Both the position numbers and the translations under genes were made by a program. From NCBI RefSeq assembly GCF_006345805.1, contig NC_043006.1, positions 83,390,001-83,454,000 of the forward strand: 64,000 nucleotides of DNA. The letters are read 5' to 3'. This DNA comes from Octopus sinensis (lineage: Eukaryota). The notes beneath the pieces are model-generated. The model did not search any database, was not told the origin of the DNA, and saw nothing but the letters and a program-made list of their open reading frames with translations. This document shows, in pieces, positions 13,232 to 26,043 of the stretch (positions are counted from its first letter, which is position 1; every line of letters starts with the position of its first letter).

Positions 13232-13275
<44 letters not shown>

Positions 13276-13412
13276 GTGATGGTGGCGTTGTTGTTGTTGG
13301 TGGGGGGTGACGATGATGGTAGGTATTGTAGTGGTGGTGGTGGATCACTTTATCTGTCTGTCTAGATATATATATACATACACTTTTTATTAAAGCTGCA
13401 AAATTATTACAG

Positions 13413-13454
13413 AACTGTTATTCGGAATTTCACGTTCCCGTTCGTCAGACAGTT
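13413..13454 (-). ncRNA. Minimal type I hammerhead ribozyme motif (Penelope-like element associated), complete core
   Basis: Minus strand reads AACUGU-CUGACGA-ACG(GGAA)CGU-GAAA-UUC-C-GAA-U-A-ACAGUU. This gives a 6-bp stem I, the CUGANGA core, a 3-bp stem II with GNRA loop, GAAA, a near-palindromic stem III and an AUA cleavage triplet. Confidence 0.75.
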
Positions 13455-13552
13455 GTGATAAATATTTTCCCACCTTGTTTTGCACTTATGTGCTCACCTG
13501 TGTATGTATATATATGTGTGTGTGTGTGTGAGTGTGTGTATGTGTGTATGCT

Positions 13553-13583
<31 letters not shown>

Positions 13584-15061
13584 ATATATATATATATGTA
13601 TGTATGTATGTATATATATATATAGGTAAACAGTAAAAATAATTACAGACATGGACAAGAACATGAAACACCACAGAGACGACACAAGAACCACAGGACG
13701 GGACATTCGAAGCCCTCAGTCATCAGTCAAGAACCAGATCATCTTAGCAATTTCGGCTGATATATATATATATATATATATATATACGCGTGTATATCTA
13801 TACTTGCATGTGTGTATATGTATATACATATACATATATATTCACATGCATGTATATTATATGAATACACATATAGTCTCGTATGTAAGGTGTTGGTCAT
13901 TTCTCTTATTTTATCTTCGCCTCTAGCTTTATTCCAATGTTTCCACCTGTCACTGACACCTATGACAGCAATCAAAACAACGCTAATCATTTCTAAGTGG
14001 AAACTTGTTATTAATAGGTTAAAATTACAAACAATTCACTTATTTGCTTTTGGTTTTGAGAGCGAGTGAAAGAGAGAGGGGGAGGAGAGAGGGAGGAGCG
14101 AGAGAGAGCGAGAGAGGCGGTGGGGCGGAAACTCTGTTTTCCTGTAAGCATGTTCCAACCGAGCATCTGAATTTCAACTGCCCGAGGATGACATTCGAGA
14201 ATACTACAGCATGCATACACCAGTTTGGCTTCTTAAAATGGTTAAGCGGAAACCGGATGTTCACAAGTAGCCATTTTTTTGAGTAAACAGCTTGTTATAT
14301 TTCATTTTGTTTTTTATCCTCTGATGGATGCAAATAATGAGCTTCTGCGGATTTCGCTTTATTTTATCGGTCACAGTTGTAGAGAAATAGAATTACAACT
14401 TCCAGTTCTTCTGCACATTGCTGACATTGTATGCTCAATTAGCGCAAAGTAAACGAGTCGATTGCGTAGTAAATGTATATAGTTTGCTTGTGAAATTTTT
14501 GTTTTATTTGCATCGATCGACTTCGAGCAATGCATTGGAGCTTATAGCTAGCTTTCGAGTAAACTCAGCGTCTAGGAGACGAATACTACACGCAAATACC
14601 GAATGTGGAGGCAATCTGGCCTATTGGTTAGGTTGTTACACTCGCAACCGTAATACCGGGGTGTCGATCACCAGACCGGGTATTGCGTTGTGTTTTCGAG
14701 CAAAACATTCCATTTCACGTTATTCCAGTCGACTCAGCTGTAAATGTGCAACCCTGCGATGGACCGACAGACCGTTCTGGAGAAATGTGATCTCGGTCTC
14801 GTATACACTATGGAAACAGTGTGACCAATCTAATGAGTCTGGGACTCGAGACAGGAATATACAGTCTGCTCATGTTTATAACTTCTGAAAGTGTTTAAGT
14901 GTAGAAGTATAGTTTCGAACATCAGTTTCCCTTTGACATCTTTATATATTATATATATTAATACATTATCGCCCTAAACTACAAATTATGTAATTTTACT
15001 GGGCTCTTAGCTAAAAGCTTTACATAAAGTTAATTTTATTGTATTTGCGATATACGATATA

Positions 15062-15229
15062 GGCGCAGCAGTGGCTGTGTGGTAAGTAGCTTGCTTACCA
15101 ATCACATGGTTCCGGGTTCAGTCCCACTACGTGGCGCCTTGGGCAAGTGTCTTCTACTATAGCCTCGAGCCGACCAAAGCCTTGTGAGTGGATTTGGTAG
15201 ACGGAAACTGAAAGAAGCCCGGCCGGCGT
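15062..15229 (+). mobile_element. SINE family A 5' half
   Basis: Near-consensus head and core, running into (TA)n. Confidence 0.85.
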
Positions 15230-15267
15230 ATATATGTATATATATATATATATATATCTATACACAC

Positions 15268-15311
<44 letters not shown>

Positions 15312-15361
15312 ATGTGTGTGTATGTATGTATGTACATGTATGTGTTTGTATGTCTGTATAG

Positions 15362-15411
<50 letters not shown>

Positions 15412-15467
15412 CTGTGGTGTGTGTGTGTGTATACACATATAGAGAGAGATATAGATAGGTAGATGAG

Positions 15468-15527
<60 letters not shown>

Positions 15528-15571
15528 CGTCCTGGGGTTTCCTCTACATAAAAACGTTGGCCTCATTGTTT

Positions 15572-15625
<54 letters not shown>

Positions 15626-16129
15626 CACATATTTCCATACATACACTCACTCTCTCGCTCTCTTTCAAAACGAGTGTGTGTACACTGACATACATACATA
15701 GATACACACAAGTACATAGCATATATACATAGATATATTTACATGCATACGCGCACACACATCATATACATGAATATACATTTACGCATACACTTAAACA
15801 GTTTTATCGGAACACATCTGAGGATAGTGAAATGAGTAGGAAAAAAACAAAACACACAAAATGAAAAAAAAATATATACCGAAAATAAAAATATATATAA
15901 ATATATAAAAAAAAAAACCAGCGTCTGCTGCTCGAAGTGGTACTTGATAGACAAAAGCTGGAATATTATTGCTTTAAAGTTCAGCTGAAGTCAAAAGTTG
16001 GTCAGAAAAGAGAAAGAGCGGAGATATACACAAATTCATATGCACACACAAACATTTATGTGTGTGTGTGTTATACGCGTGTTTGTACGTATAAATATAT
16101 ATGTGTGTGCGTATATATATATATATATA

Positions 16130-16250
16130 TCACCGTGATCACCGCGACCGACCAGGCTATCAGATGTTGCTACACATCGCGGGTCACAATGCGCTTCGCA
16201 TTGTTTTAGCCTTCCAATGACGCCACTCCGCTGGATAAGCGAGCAGGCTA
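16130..16250 (+). repeat. Dispersed repeat adjoining (TA)n; inverted copy at about 34930-35050
   Basis: gtgatcaccgcgaccgaccaggctatcag...ggtcacaatgcgcttcgcattgttttagc matches the reverse complement of 34975-35050. Confidence 0.7.
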
Positions 16251-16260
16251 ATATATATAT

Positions 16261-16291
<31 letters not shown>

Positions 16292-16394
16292 TGTGGTGTG
16301 TGTGTGTTGTGTGTGTGTGTGTGTGTGTGTGTGCGTGCGTGTGGTGTGTATGCATGTATAGATATATATGTATATATGTATTATATATATATAT

Positions 16395-16425
<31 letters not shown>

Positions 16426-16680
16426 ATATATATAAATATATATATATATGTATGTATGTATGTATGTCTGTATGTATGATATAATGTATGTACATTTTTG
16501 TAATATAACTATATATACCTATATACGAGGTCTGATCAATAGTAACGAAGCTAAATCACGCTAAGTGAAGCCGCATGGCACAGATTGACCTTGAACTCTG
16601 CGTGCTTTACCTTCATTATTGTGGCAACAGAGCGAATACTTATTGATCAGACCATGTATATGTGTGTGTGTGTGTTGTGT

Positions 16681-16844
16681 GGAGGCGTGGCTGTGTGGTG
16701 AGAAGCTTGCTTCCCAACCACCTGTCTCTAGGTTGCATCCCACTGTGTAGCACCTTGGCCAAGTGTCTTCTACTATAGCATCGGGCCAACCAAAGCCTTG
16801 CGAATGGGTTTGTCAGAAGGAAACTGAAAGAAGCCCGTCGTATA

Positions 16845-16904
<60 letters not shown>

Positions 16905-17148
16905 AACATGTATATATGTATGTATGGTTGGATGGATGCATGCATGCATGTAAGTATGTATTGACGTGTGTCTGTCCCCGTTATCACCGTTTGACAACCG
17001 GTACTGGTATGTTTACGTTCCCTTAAATTGGCGGTTCAGCAAAAGAGACTGATAGAATAAGTCCTGGAGTCGATTTATTCGACTAAAACCACTTCGAGGT
17101 GCTGCTCCAGCGTGGTCGTAGTCAAATGAAACAAGTTAAAGTATAAAG
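16681..17148 (+). mobile_element. SINE family A, diverged full length
   Basis: Head ggcgtggctgtgtggt, core, internal (TA)(CA) tract and 3' half all present. Confidence 0.8.
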
Positions 17149-17859
17149 GAAAAATAATGTTGTAGATATATATATATATATATACATTTGTGTGTGTGTG
17201 TGTGCGAGAGAGAGAGAGAGAGAGGTTGGTAGTGATAGAGGGAGAGAGGAGGGCCGGTGTGATGGGGGAGCAACAGGCGGTATTTCACGGAGGACATCCG
17301 CGTCTATGAAACAACCGGAAGTAGTTAGTTTAGATTTTGTATTATTTTTCTTTTACTTATTTATTTAGTTCTTTATTGTCTTTATATCGTTGAAACCACA
17401 AAAAATTATAAAACAAACAAAAACATAACAAATGTCGCCAACTGAGCGACGCTAAGAAGAGATATGACCTAAACTAAAGGGGAACATACAAATATTTTAA
17501 CAAGTTTTATTTATACGATAGCTTTTGTTTCGTTTTCATTTTCAATGTTTTGCTGCTGTTGGTTCTTGCCCGTAGTACCTACCTCATCTGAGCAAGTTTA
17601 TGATCAAACACATTTAAACCGTGACCTTCTCGACTTTTACTTTTTTTTTATCTTGTGGGTGAGTATGAGCAGTGTTGTATCTAAGCCTTCATCTCTTTCT
17701 CTTCTGTTACCGACTCGCCTGATAAAGCTCTTCGTCCTGTGACACAAACCGATTTAAATTAGATCCTTCCATCAAGGCAATTCATCGTTTTTTGGTCTCG
17801 GAAAACTGAAAGTATTTGTTCGGCAAGTTCCGTAAAACATTTCTTATTTTTTATTTTAT

Positions 17860-18106
17860 TTTTCAGCTTACACACAGACATGCAACTAAATGTGTGAGAA
17901 TACATACATAAAACAAAGCATACAATTCTGCACATACATACACACATACATACATACATACATACTACATACATACATACATACATACATACTACATACA
18001 TACATACATACATAACCTGTTGTTGATGTTCAAATTCCAAAGAAGGAGACTTGGATCTAGGTTAGCAAACTATTGGCTACAAATCTTGAAATAAAACTGA
18101 ACAATG

Positions 18107-18112
<6 letters not shown>
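17860..18112 (+). mobile_element. 3' UTR remnant of the same R4/Dong-like family
   Basis: cctgttgttgatgttcaaattcca...aataaaactgaacaatgacatac matches 8475-8582. The preceding segment matches the post-stop UTR at 8325-8400 and 18770-18830. Confidence 0.65.
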
Positions 18113-18145
<33 letters not shown>

Positions 18146-18231
18146 TACACACATACACACACGCACACACACACATACATACATACATACATACATACAT
18201 ACATACATACATACATACATACATACATACA

Positions 18232-18260
<29 letters not shown>

Positions 18261-18262
<2 letters not shown>

Positions 18263-18830
18263 TATCTACCGTTGAGACATAATGTTGTAGCTAGGATGAT
18301 ATATAACGAGATCCGTGGAAAGGATAACCCCGAAGAAAAAGAAATAAGAACCCACAGTATGGTGGAAGCCATAGCCACTCATAATAAAAAGGAGTCTTGG
18401 TGGAATGTCCGAGTGGGAACTTCAATAAAATGTAAACACAGTACACCTGATAAAATTTGAGATGGAGAAAAGAAACTGTGTACAGTTGTGAAAACTAGCT
18501 GCCCAGCGGATGTCAACATGAAGTTGAAGAAAGTGAAAAATAACACCTATGCTAAACTATTGAGAAATCTGCCGTTGCTCTATCCAGATTACAATTTCAG
18601 GTTTAAACTTGTAACTATTGGGGCCCTGGGATATGTAACACGTTGCCTAAATAACAATCTTGAGAAATTAGGCTTCAGAAAGGAGAAAGCTGATTCGAAG
18701 GCTACAGATCCAATCCATCACTGGAACTGTAAAAATCTGTAAAACTTTCCAGAATTTTAACATTTAGTTCTGTGAGCATGTTTAGATATGCATGAGAAGA
18801 CATGCATAAAACAAAGCATACGAACATAAT
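18261..18830 (+). mobile_element. 5'-truncated R4/Dong-like LINE, restriction-like endonuclease region (decayed)
   Basis: RHNVVARMIYNEI...WWNVRVGTSIKCKHSTPDKI*DGEKKLCTVVKTSCPADVN...IGALGYV shows the RH(D/N) and PD..(E)xSCP motifs of RLE elements. It is homologous to 8086-8320. Confidence 0.8.
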
Positions 18831-19186
18831 ACATACATACATACATACATACATACATACATAAATCATACATACATACATACATACATACATACATACA
18901 TACATACATACATACATACATACACGCATAATACATACATACATACATACATACATACATGCATACATACATACACACACATACATACATACAAGCAGTC
19001 ATCTGACGGCGGCCATGCTGGAGCACCGCCTTTTAGCCGAACAAATTGACCCAAGAACTTATTCTTTGTAAGCCTAGTACTTATTCCATCGGTCTCTTTT
19101 GCCGAACCGTTAAGTTACGGGGACGTAAGCACATCAACACATATACATATATATATATTTATGTGTATATACGCATGTACACATAC

Positions 19187-19279
<93 letters not shown>

Positions 19280-19564
19280 TGTACGCATGAACGTTTGAAT
19301 GTGTGTCTTTGTGTTTATGGACGTGCCTTTCCCCCACACCACCTCTTGAAAACTGGTATTTGTTTGTTTACGTGTCCGTAACTTAGCGGTTCGGTAGAAA
19401 GAGAACGTTAGAATAAATATCAAACTTTTGAAGAAAAAAAGGCAATGCTTCAGCATGGCCGCAGACCAGAGACTGAAGCAAGTAAAAGATTAAAGATAGA
19501 AGAAGCCGAGTGACCACCAGGAAGAGGCGTTTTCGTTTGTTTCTAAAGATGGAGTTCATTTATA

Positions 19565-19978
19565 TTTATTTCTTTACAACCCACAAGGGGCTAAACACAG
19601 AGAAGACAAACAAGGACAGACACACGAATCAAGTCAATTATATCGACTCCAGTGCGTAACTGGTACTTATTTAATCGACCCCGAAAGGATGAAAGGCAAA
19701 GTGAACCTCGGCGGAATTTGAACTCAGAACGTAGCGGCAGACGAAATACTTATTTCTTTACTACCCACAAGGGGCTAAACACAGAGAGAACAAACAAGGA
19801 CAGACAAACGGATCAAGTCGATTATATCGACCCCAGTGCGTAACTGGTACTTAATTTATCGACCCCGAAAGGATGAAAGGCAAAGTCGACCTCAGCGGAA
19901 TTTGAACTCAGAACGTAACGGCAGACGAAATACTGCTAAGCATTTCGCCCGGCGTGCTAACGTTTCTGCCAGCTCGCC
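19565..19978 (-). mobile_element. SINE family B tandem dimer (tail1 x2)
   Basis: A full unit plus a headless unit, period about 184 bp. Confidence 0.88.
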
Positions 19979-21761
19979 ATATCAACGATCAGTTCAATAA
20001 TCTGAAGGTAGCGAAGCCGCTTTTCGTCTGGAGTATTTCTATCTTTCAAAAGCGCTCTCATGGTCGCAGTCTAATAACTGAAACAAGATGAAAGATAAAA
20101 GAATCATTTCATGTAGATGGGGTACCATATACGATAAGGTACCATATTTTCTGGGTATGTATCTCAGAATGCATTGACATTCAGTTCAGTAGGTACAGGT
20201 GGGCTGGGAGAAAAACATCCCTTATCCGTCTTACTATGACTGAATTATAACTTAACAACGAACCCCTATATAAGATCCAATGATTTGCGGAAACATTTAT
20301 CATCATTATTATCTTTATCAGCACTATATTTGATTAAACTGGTGTTTAAGTGTACCGAGAAAAAATGAAAAAGAAAACGGGCTGTGGTAGGGTGTTTTAG
20401 AAAACCTTTAGATATTCAACAAGGAAAGTTCTGCCCGGAGATTGATGCTATATAAGGTTTAGCCATCCATCTTATCTGAAAGGAATAGAAATAGCTAAAA
20501 AAGAAAACATATATTATCTCGGTAACGATAATGTACAATGTTGTGTGTGTAGGACAGGGGAGTAAGCTATAGATTGCCTTTCTCTCTAAACACCGATCTG
20601 TCTTAATGTCAACTTAATTTCCATCACTTCCTCCACTTAAGATATCTACGTTTCCTTTTACCCTTTAGATTAGCCTTCTATTTCACGAAACGTATTAAAT
20701 ACAAAATAGAAAATATAAAATACAAGCGCGTGAAGATAATTCTATAATTCGTAATCTGAGAGAATCTCGGAATCAAAGAGTTGGAAGAAATATGAAGTTT
20801 ATCTACGCGATGGCATTTTACTAATTGATAATTGTGTTTTCTAACTTTTTCCATTGAAAAGATAGTTCATCTTTATTATCCTCTGATTGGAATGTTAATT
20901 TGGTCCAATTCATAAAAGACATCGCCATACACACGCACACACACGTACATGTGCGAGCGCGTGTGTGTATATGTATGTGTGTGTGTGTGTGTGTGTGTGA
21001 GTAAGTGTGTTATACACGTACACATACACACAGGTAATTCAAAAGTCTCTTTAGCATTTTCATTTTATATATCATTGAAATGCTAAAGGAACTTCTAAAT
21101 TACCCCACAAATGTGTGTAAATATGTATGTATATATGTATGCATGTATATACGTATGTATGTATGTATGTATGTATATGTGTGTGTGTGTGTATGTTTGT
21201 GGTATCTGTCTATATGCCTGCATCTATAGGTAAATATATATCTTACACATATCTATGTAAATGTAATTATATAAGAATGCGCGCGCGCGTGTGTGTGTGT
21301 GTGTGTGTCTGTAGCTATATTCTCTTGAACTTACTCCTGTGTCGGAAATGGTCTGTGGTGAATGTATCAATACATACTTTTCTCAATCTGTTCTCATTAT
21401 AAAATTAAATCACGTGACTATGACACAACATGTCTGATTTATATCGAAGAAACGTAAGATTGTAAAATACACTCATAAATTTCTAAAGGGCGTTTGAAAT
21501 ATCCTGAAATGTAAGCTCACTGTTAATTTATTAGACTCGCGATCCCACGTAAGTAATAGTTTCATTTTTGCCATAATCAACAGCCCTATACTTTATTAAG
21601 ATAGCAAAATGGGCAAGTCCAACGTTCGCAAAAGCCTTAAATATTTTCAGTTGATTAAATTTAACATGACCGTAAATAGAAACCAGATAGCGGGTCCTGT
21701 TTGCTGAAATCTTATCTTTGTAGTCTTCTAGTGCTAGTGAACATATATAATAATTTCAAAT

Positions 21762-22200
21762 TTTGGCACAAGGCTAACAATTTTGAGGGAGAGGGTAAGT
21801 CAATTATATCAACCCCCGTGCTCAAGTGGTACCTATTTTATCGATCCCGAAAGGATGAAAGACTAAGTCGATCTCGGTGGGGTTTGAACTTGGAACGTAG
21901 AGACGGACGAAATGCCTATTTCTTTACTACCCACAAGGGGCTAAACACAGAGAGAACAAACAAGGACAGACAAATGGATTAAGTCGATTATATTGACCCC
22001 AGTGCGTAACTGGTACTTAATTTATCGACCCCGAAAGGATGAAAGTCAAAGTCGACCTCGGCGGAATTTGAACTCAGAACGTAACTTCAGACGAAATACG
22101 GCTACGCATTTCGCCCGGCGTGCTAACGTTTCTGCGAGCTCGCCACCTAAGTAAGTATTTTGCTCGGCGTGCTAACGATTCTGTCCGCACACCGCCTTAG
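21762..22200 (-). mobile_element. SINE family B dimer plus duplicated head fragment
   Basis: Head-tail1-headless-tail2 on the minus strand, with an extra head at 22150-22200. Confidence 0.8.
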
Positions 22201-22667
22201 TGATCATATATAATATAAATAAATTAAATGCCCTTAACTGATTTTCTAAGACAAAACAAATCCAAAACAAAAGAACAATCTACGCCCGTCCGAGTAAGAT
22301 TTGTTTATTTAGAAATCGTTGAAAGCCATGTTTAGCAGCAGGTGATGAGAATGTAAAAGGCTGTGAGTTATTCCGCTTAACAAGATTTGTATGTTATTTC
22401 AGACAGTTGATTTAGTTCGTTTTCTGTAGAATGAACTTTGGAGTCCACTGAAAAGGAAGTGAACCAAGTATTTGGGTTCAGTGAATGAGAAAAACATATA
22501 AAGTATTAATTAATACACTTGTAGTTTTGTCGATAGGTCATCGAATCTACGCAGGGTGTGCTGCTGTCTGTCAATTCTAATACACAAAAAGCTATCGTCT
22601 GTCAATCTTTAGCACACAACAGGTCATCTGATTATTAAGACAGAGCGTGTTAGAAATTATTAATGTA

Positions 22668-22698
<31 letters not shown>

Positions 22699-22779
22699 GT
22701 GTGTGTGTGTGTTTGGTCCCTCCAACCCGCTTTACAACTGGCCTTGGTGTGTTTATGTCCTTGTAACCTAGCGGTCGTG

Positions 22780-23040
22780 TGGAGGCGCGTGGCTTAGTAG
22801 TAGTTAGGGTGTTGAACTCATGATCGTATGGTTGTGGTTTCGATTTCTGGACCGGGCGATGCGTTGTGTTCTTGAGTAAAATGCTTCATTTTCACCTTGC
22901 TCCAGTCCACTCAGCTGGCAAAAATGAGTGATCCTGCGACGGACCGGCGTCCCGTCCAGGTGGAGAATTTCTACGCCACTGAAATCGGAAAACCGGGCCT
23001 TATGAACATGGCATGGCTCGAGAAGGAACATTTATTTAAC
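22780..23040 (+). mobile_element. SINE family C copy
   Basis: Aligns by eye to 10196-10452. Confidence 0.8.
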
Positions 23041-23199
23041 CTAGCGGTCTGGCAAAAGTGATCGCTAGAATAAGTACCAAACTTTAAATGGAAATAAGAA
23101 ATAGAATCGATTAGTTTCGACTAAAATTGCTCAAGGGGGTGTCCTATTAATGACTGAAACAGTTAATAGGCAACAGATAAAACAAAAATCCCTCTACAG

Positions 23200-23447
23200 C
23201 AGTGGTTCCCAAACATTTTCGGGCCATATTCCTAGCGCCCCCTCACTCTCCCCACCACATATATATACCACTTTCTGCAAATTCAAAAAACTTTGTTTCA
23301 CATAAACCTTATTATCCTACCAACATTTTTTTCATACATCTATCACCCCATTTTGGCCACCCCATTATCATCCCGCTTTTCTTCAACTACCCCTGGATCT
23401 TTCCACCGCCCCCAGGAGGGCAGAACTGCCCACTTTGGGAACCACTG
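23200..23447. mobile_element. hAT (Charlie-like) MITE
   Basis: 14-bp TIRs CAGTGGTTCCCAAA / TTTGGGAACCACTG and a perfect 8-bp TSD CTCTACAG (23192-99, 23448-55). Confidence 0.9.
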
Positions 23448-23452
23448 CTCTA

Positions 23453-24386
23453 CAGTAATCACTCGCCGGTTCACCTATCGCGCCCTCACTACATTGTGGA
23501 TTTTTCTAACTAATATATGTAAATTTATATCGCAGACTCCTCTATATATCGCGGGTTTCTGCGGCCGATAGGTATTTATGTTTTTTTTTTTTTAGTTTTT
23601 TTCTTTTAGACTTTAATTATTTCTGTGATAAAAATTAACATTTTCATTCCTAAAAATTCATAAAGCAATAGATAAAAATACAATACAGTACTGTACTGTA
23701 AAACACATTAATTAAAATATATTTAAAAAAATTGGTAGTGTACCGTAGATGAGTATACAGAGTGTCGCACATGCTGCATGGAAAACGAAAGTCGGGAGAC
23801 GAGTCTGTGCTGTTGCTTTGCATTTATAATAAAATAGATATATAAAAATTCTTTTACTCTTTTACTTGTTTTAGTCATTTGACTGTGACCATGCTGGAGC
23901 ACCGCCTTTAATCGAGCAAATCGACCCCAGGACTTATTCTTTTGAAACCTAGTAATTATTCTATCGGTTTCTTTTGTCGAACCGCTAAGTTACGAGGACG
24001 TAAACACACCAGCATCGGTTGTCAAGCGATGCTGGGGTGACAAACACAGACATACAAACATTTACACACACATACATATATATACATATATACGACGGGC
24101 TTCTTTCAGTTTCCGTCTACCAAATCCACTCACAAGGCTTTGGTCGGCCCGAGGCTATAGTAGAAGACACTTGCCCAAGGTTCCACGCAGTGGGACTGAA
24201 CCCGGAACCATGTGGTTCGTAAGCAAGCTACTTACCACACAGCCACTCCTGCGCCTATAATATATACAAATTATAAAAATACTTTTAAAAAATATACAGT
24301 ACAGCACTGTTTCTACTTCGCGGATTTTCACCTATCGCGGGGGTGGGTTTTGGAACGTAGGACCCGTGATAGTCGAAGGATTGCTG
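23453..24386. mobile_element. Old Tc1/mariner (Tigger-like) non-autonomous element containing a SINE
   Basis: Left end TA|CAGTAATCACTCG...cacctatcgcg; right end gatagtcgaaggattgctg (imperfect TIR). The subterminal cacctatcgcg is repeated at 24329. Confidence 0.6.
23853..24256 (-). mobile_element. SINE family A, full length, nested in a Tigger-like element
   Basis: Reverse complement of the 38666-39036 consensus over its whole length. Confidence 0.9.
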
Positions 24387-24579
24387 CATATACGAATTAG
24401 TGAAGCGTGCGTTCCGTATTTCTTAAGAGCCAACAACGGAGACTCTGTACGATGGCTTGACGTACTTAGAAATGCTGAGCGGTAAACATCCATCAAATTA
24501 ATTACACCTAAACGACTTTGATTATCTGAATGCGAGAAGAATATAAGTAGTCACGCTTGGAATACTTATTTTAGCTCTC

Positions 24580-25035
24580 GGATCTTTTCGGTTTGAACGG
24601 CAGTTTTTAACATAATTTCTAGGTAACTAAAAAATTTTAAACTTCGTATACTGGTTGAATGTGTTTATAAAACATCTTTTTCTCTTGGCTTTATTGAGAA
24701 AATTCTATAGTTTGTAAGATATTTGTTGTTTTGTTTCTTCAATTTCTGCAATTTCAACCAATCACTGACGTCTATTGAGGTAAAAAAAAACCATTCTGTG
24801 CCGTATGAATATGCCCCTCGTTTAAGAAACAGATTGGGTTTATTTACATTTGTGAAGAAAAAATATACCCTTCCCCCCACCCCTAACCCTAACCCTAACT
24901 AACCCTAACTAGCCCTAACTAACCCTAACCCTAAAACATATCGAAATGCAATAGATCGATACTAGGGTCATAATTATGTGTGACAATTTCATATGACACC
25001 GCTAGAAAAAACTGCCGTTCAAACCGAAAAGATCC
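24580..25035. mobile_element. MITE with 29-bp perfect TIRs and an internal (TAACCC)n core
   Basis: GGATCTTTTCGGTTTGAACGGCAGTTTTT at 24580-24608 and its reverse complement at 25007-25035. Confidence 0.85.
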
Positions 25036-25109
25036 TAGTTCTCTGCTTAAATAATGTTGAATTGAATGCTAAGCTATAACAGCAACAAAGACAGAAATAA
25101 CTTAATATC

Positions 25110-25355
25110 CTGTTGTGTCTGGGGAGAGTCATTTTCTTTTTGTGCCTTATAACACACTCACCGGTAAAATTTCCACTTATTTCTTATTTTTATTTCCCTA
25201 AAATTTTCGTTGCGTCTTGCAACCTTTTTAATAGTCTTGAAAATAAGAAATAAGTGGAAATAAGTCATAAAAATAAGAAATAAGTGGAAATTTTACCGGT
25301 GAGTGTGTTAAATAATAAGGCACTAAAAGAGAATGACTCTCCCCAGATACAACAG
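25110..25355. mobile_element. Foldback/MITE with about 85-bp inverted arms
   Basis: ctgttgtgtctggggagagtcatt...accggtaaaatttccacttatttcttatttt is mirrored at 25268-25355. Confidence 0.75.
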
Positions 25356-25744
25356 AATATGCTTCAGCACGCGAACTCATATAAAGAATCTTGCAAACCA
25401 AATCCAAAAACGAAATAACTTAATATCATTTTATGACAACTGGTTGAAAGCAAAGACATTATCATCTTTGTATAATTCATTTCTGTTTCGGTGAGAAGAT
25501 TATGGTTTTGAAAAACAAAAAATCATACAAACACATTTTCGTTCATATAATTTGTTTTACCTTTTCGTGATTTGCATTTTTGCATCCCGAAAACAGAAGG
25601 CGGAGGGGGAAGCAAAGCAATAGCATATTGGAGCAAGGGAAGCAACTCTAAATACTATGTGAATTATCTCCCTTGAAGCGAAAATCTCTCTACTTGTATA
25701 TAGTCGTAAATGCAAATGTCCGTTTATACAAGTGGAATGTATGA

Positions 25745-25776
<32 letters not shown>

Positions 25777-26043
25777 CACACACAAACACACACGCACACA
25801 AGAATCATGTACTGACACTTGTCTACTAAAATAAAACGCTTATCGACCACACATATCAACAAATTTAGACCATAACAAACTCTGAACTGACGAAAGAAGG
25901 AGGGAAAAAACTTTGCCAATTGGTTAGTGACCAGCTCGAATGTTCCAAATAAAAACACACGAGTCCAAAAGAAAACACACACGCACACACATATGCACAC
26001 ATCTCCCTGTTCGTCGGACTTCTTAACTATACTATCTTCTGAG

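Noticed and set aside
13625-13760. Minus-strand CAGCC-GAAA-UUGCU half of a possible hammerhead in a Penelope-like fragment
   Set aside because: The 5' core half is replaced by (TA)n, so the motif is incomplete.
19565-19978. CRISPR-like array
   Set aside because: The repeats are 184-bp SINE units without unique spacers, in a eukaryotic intron.
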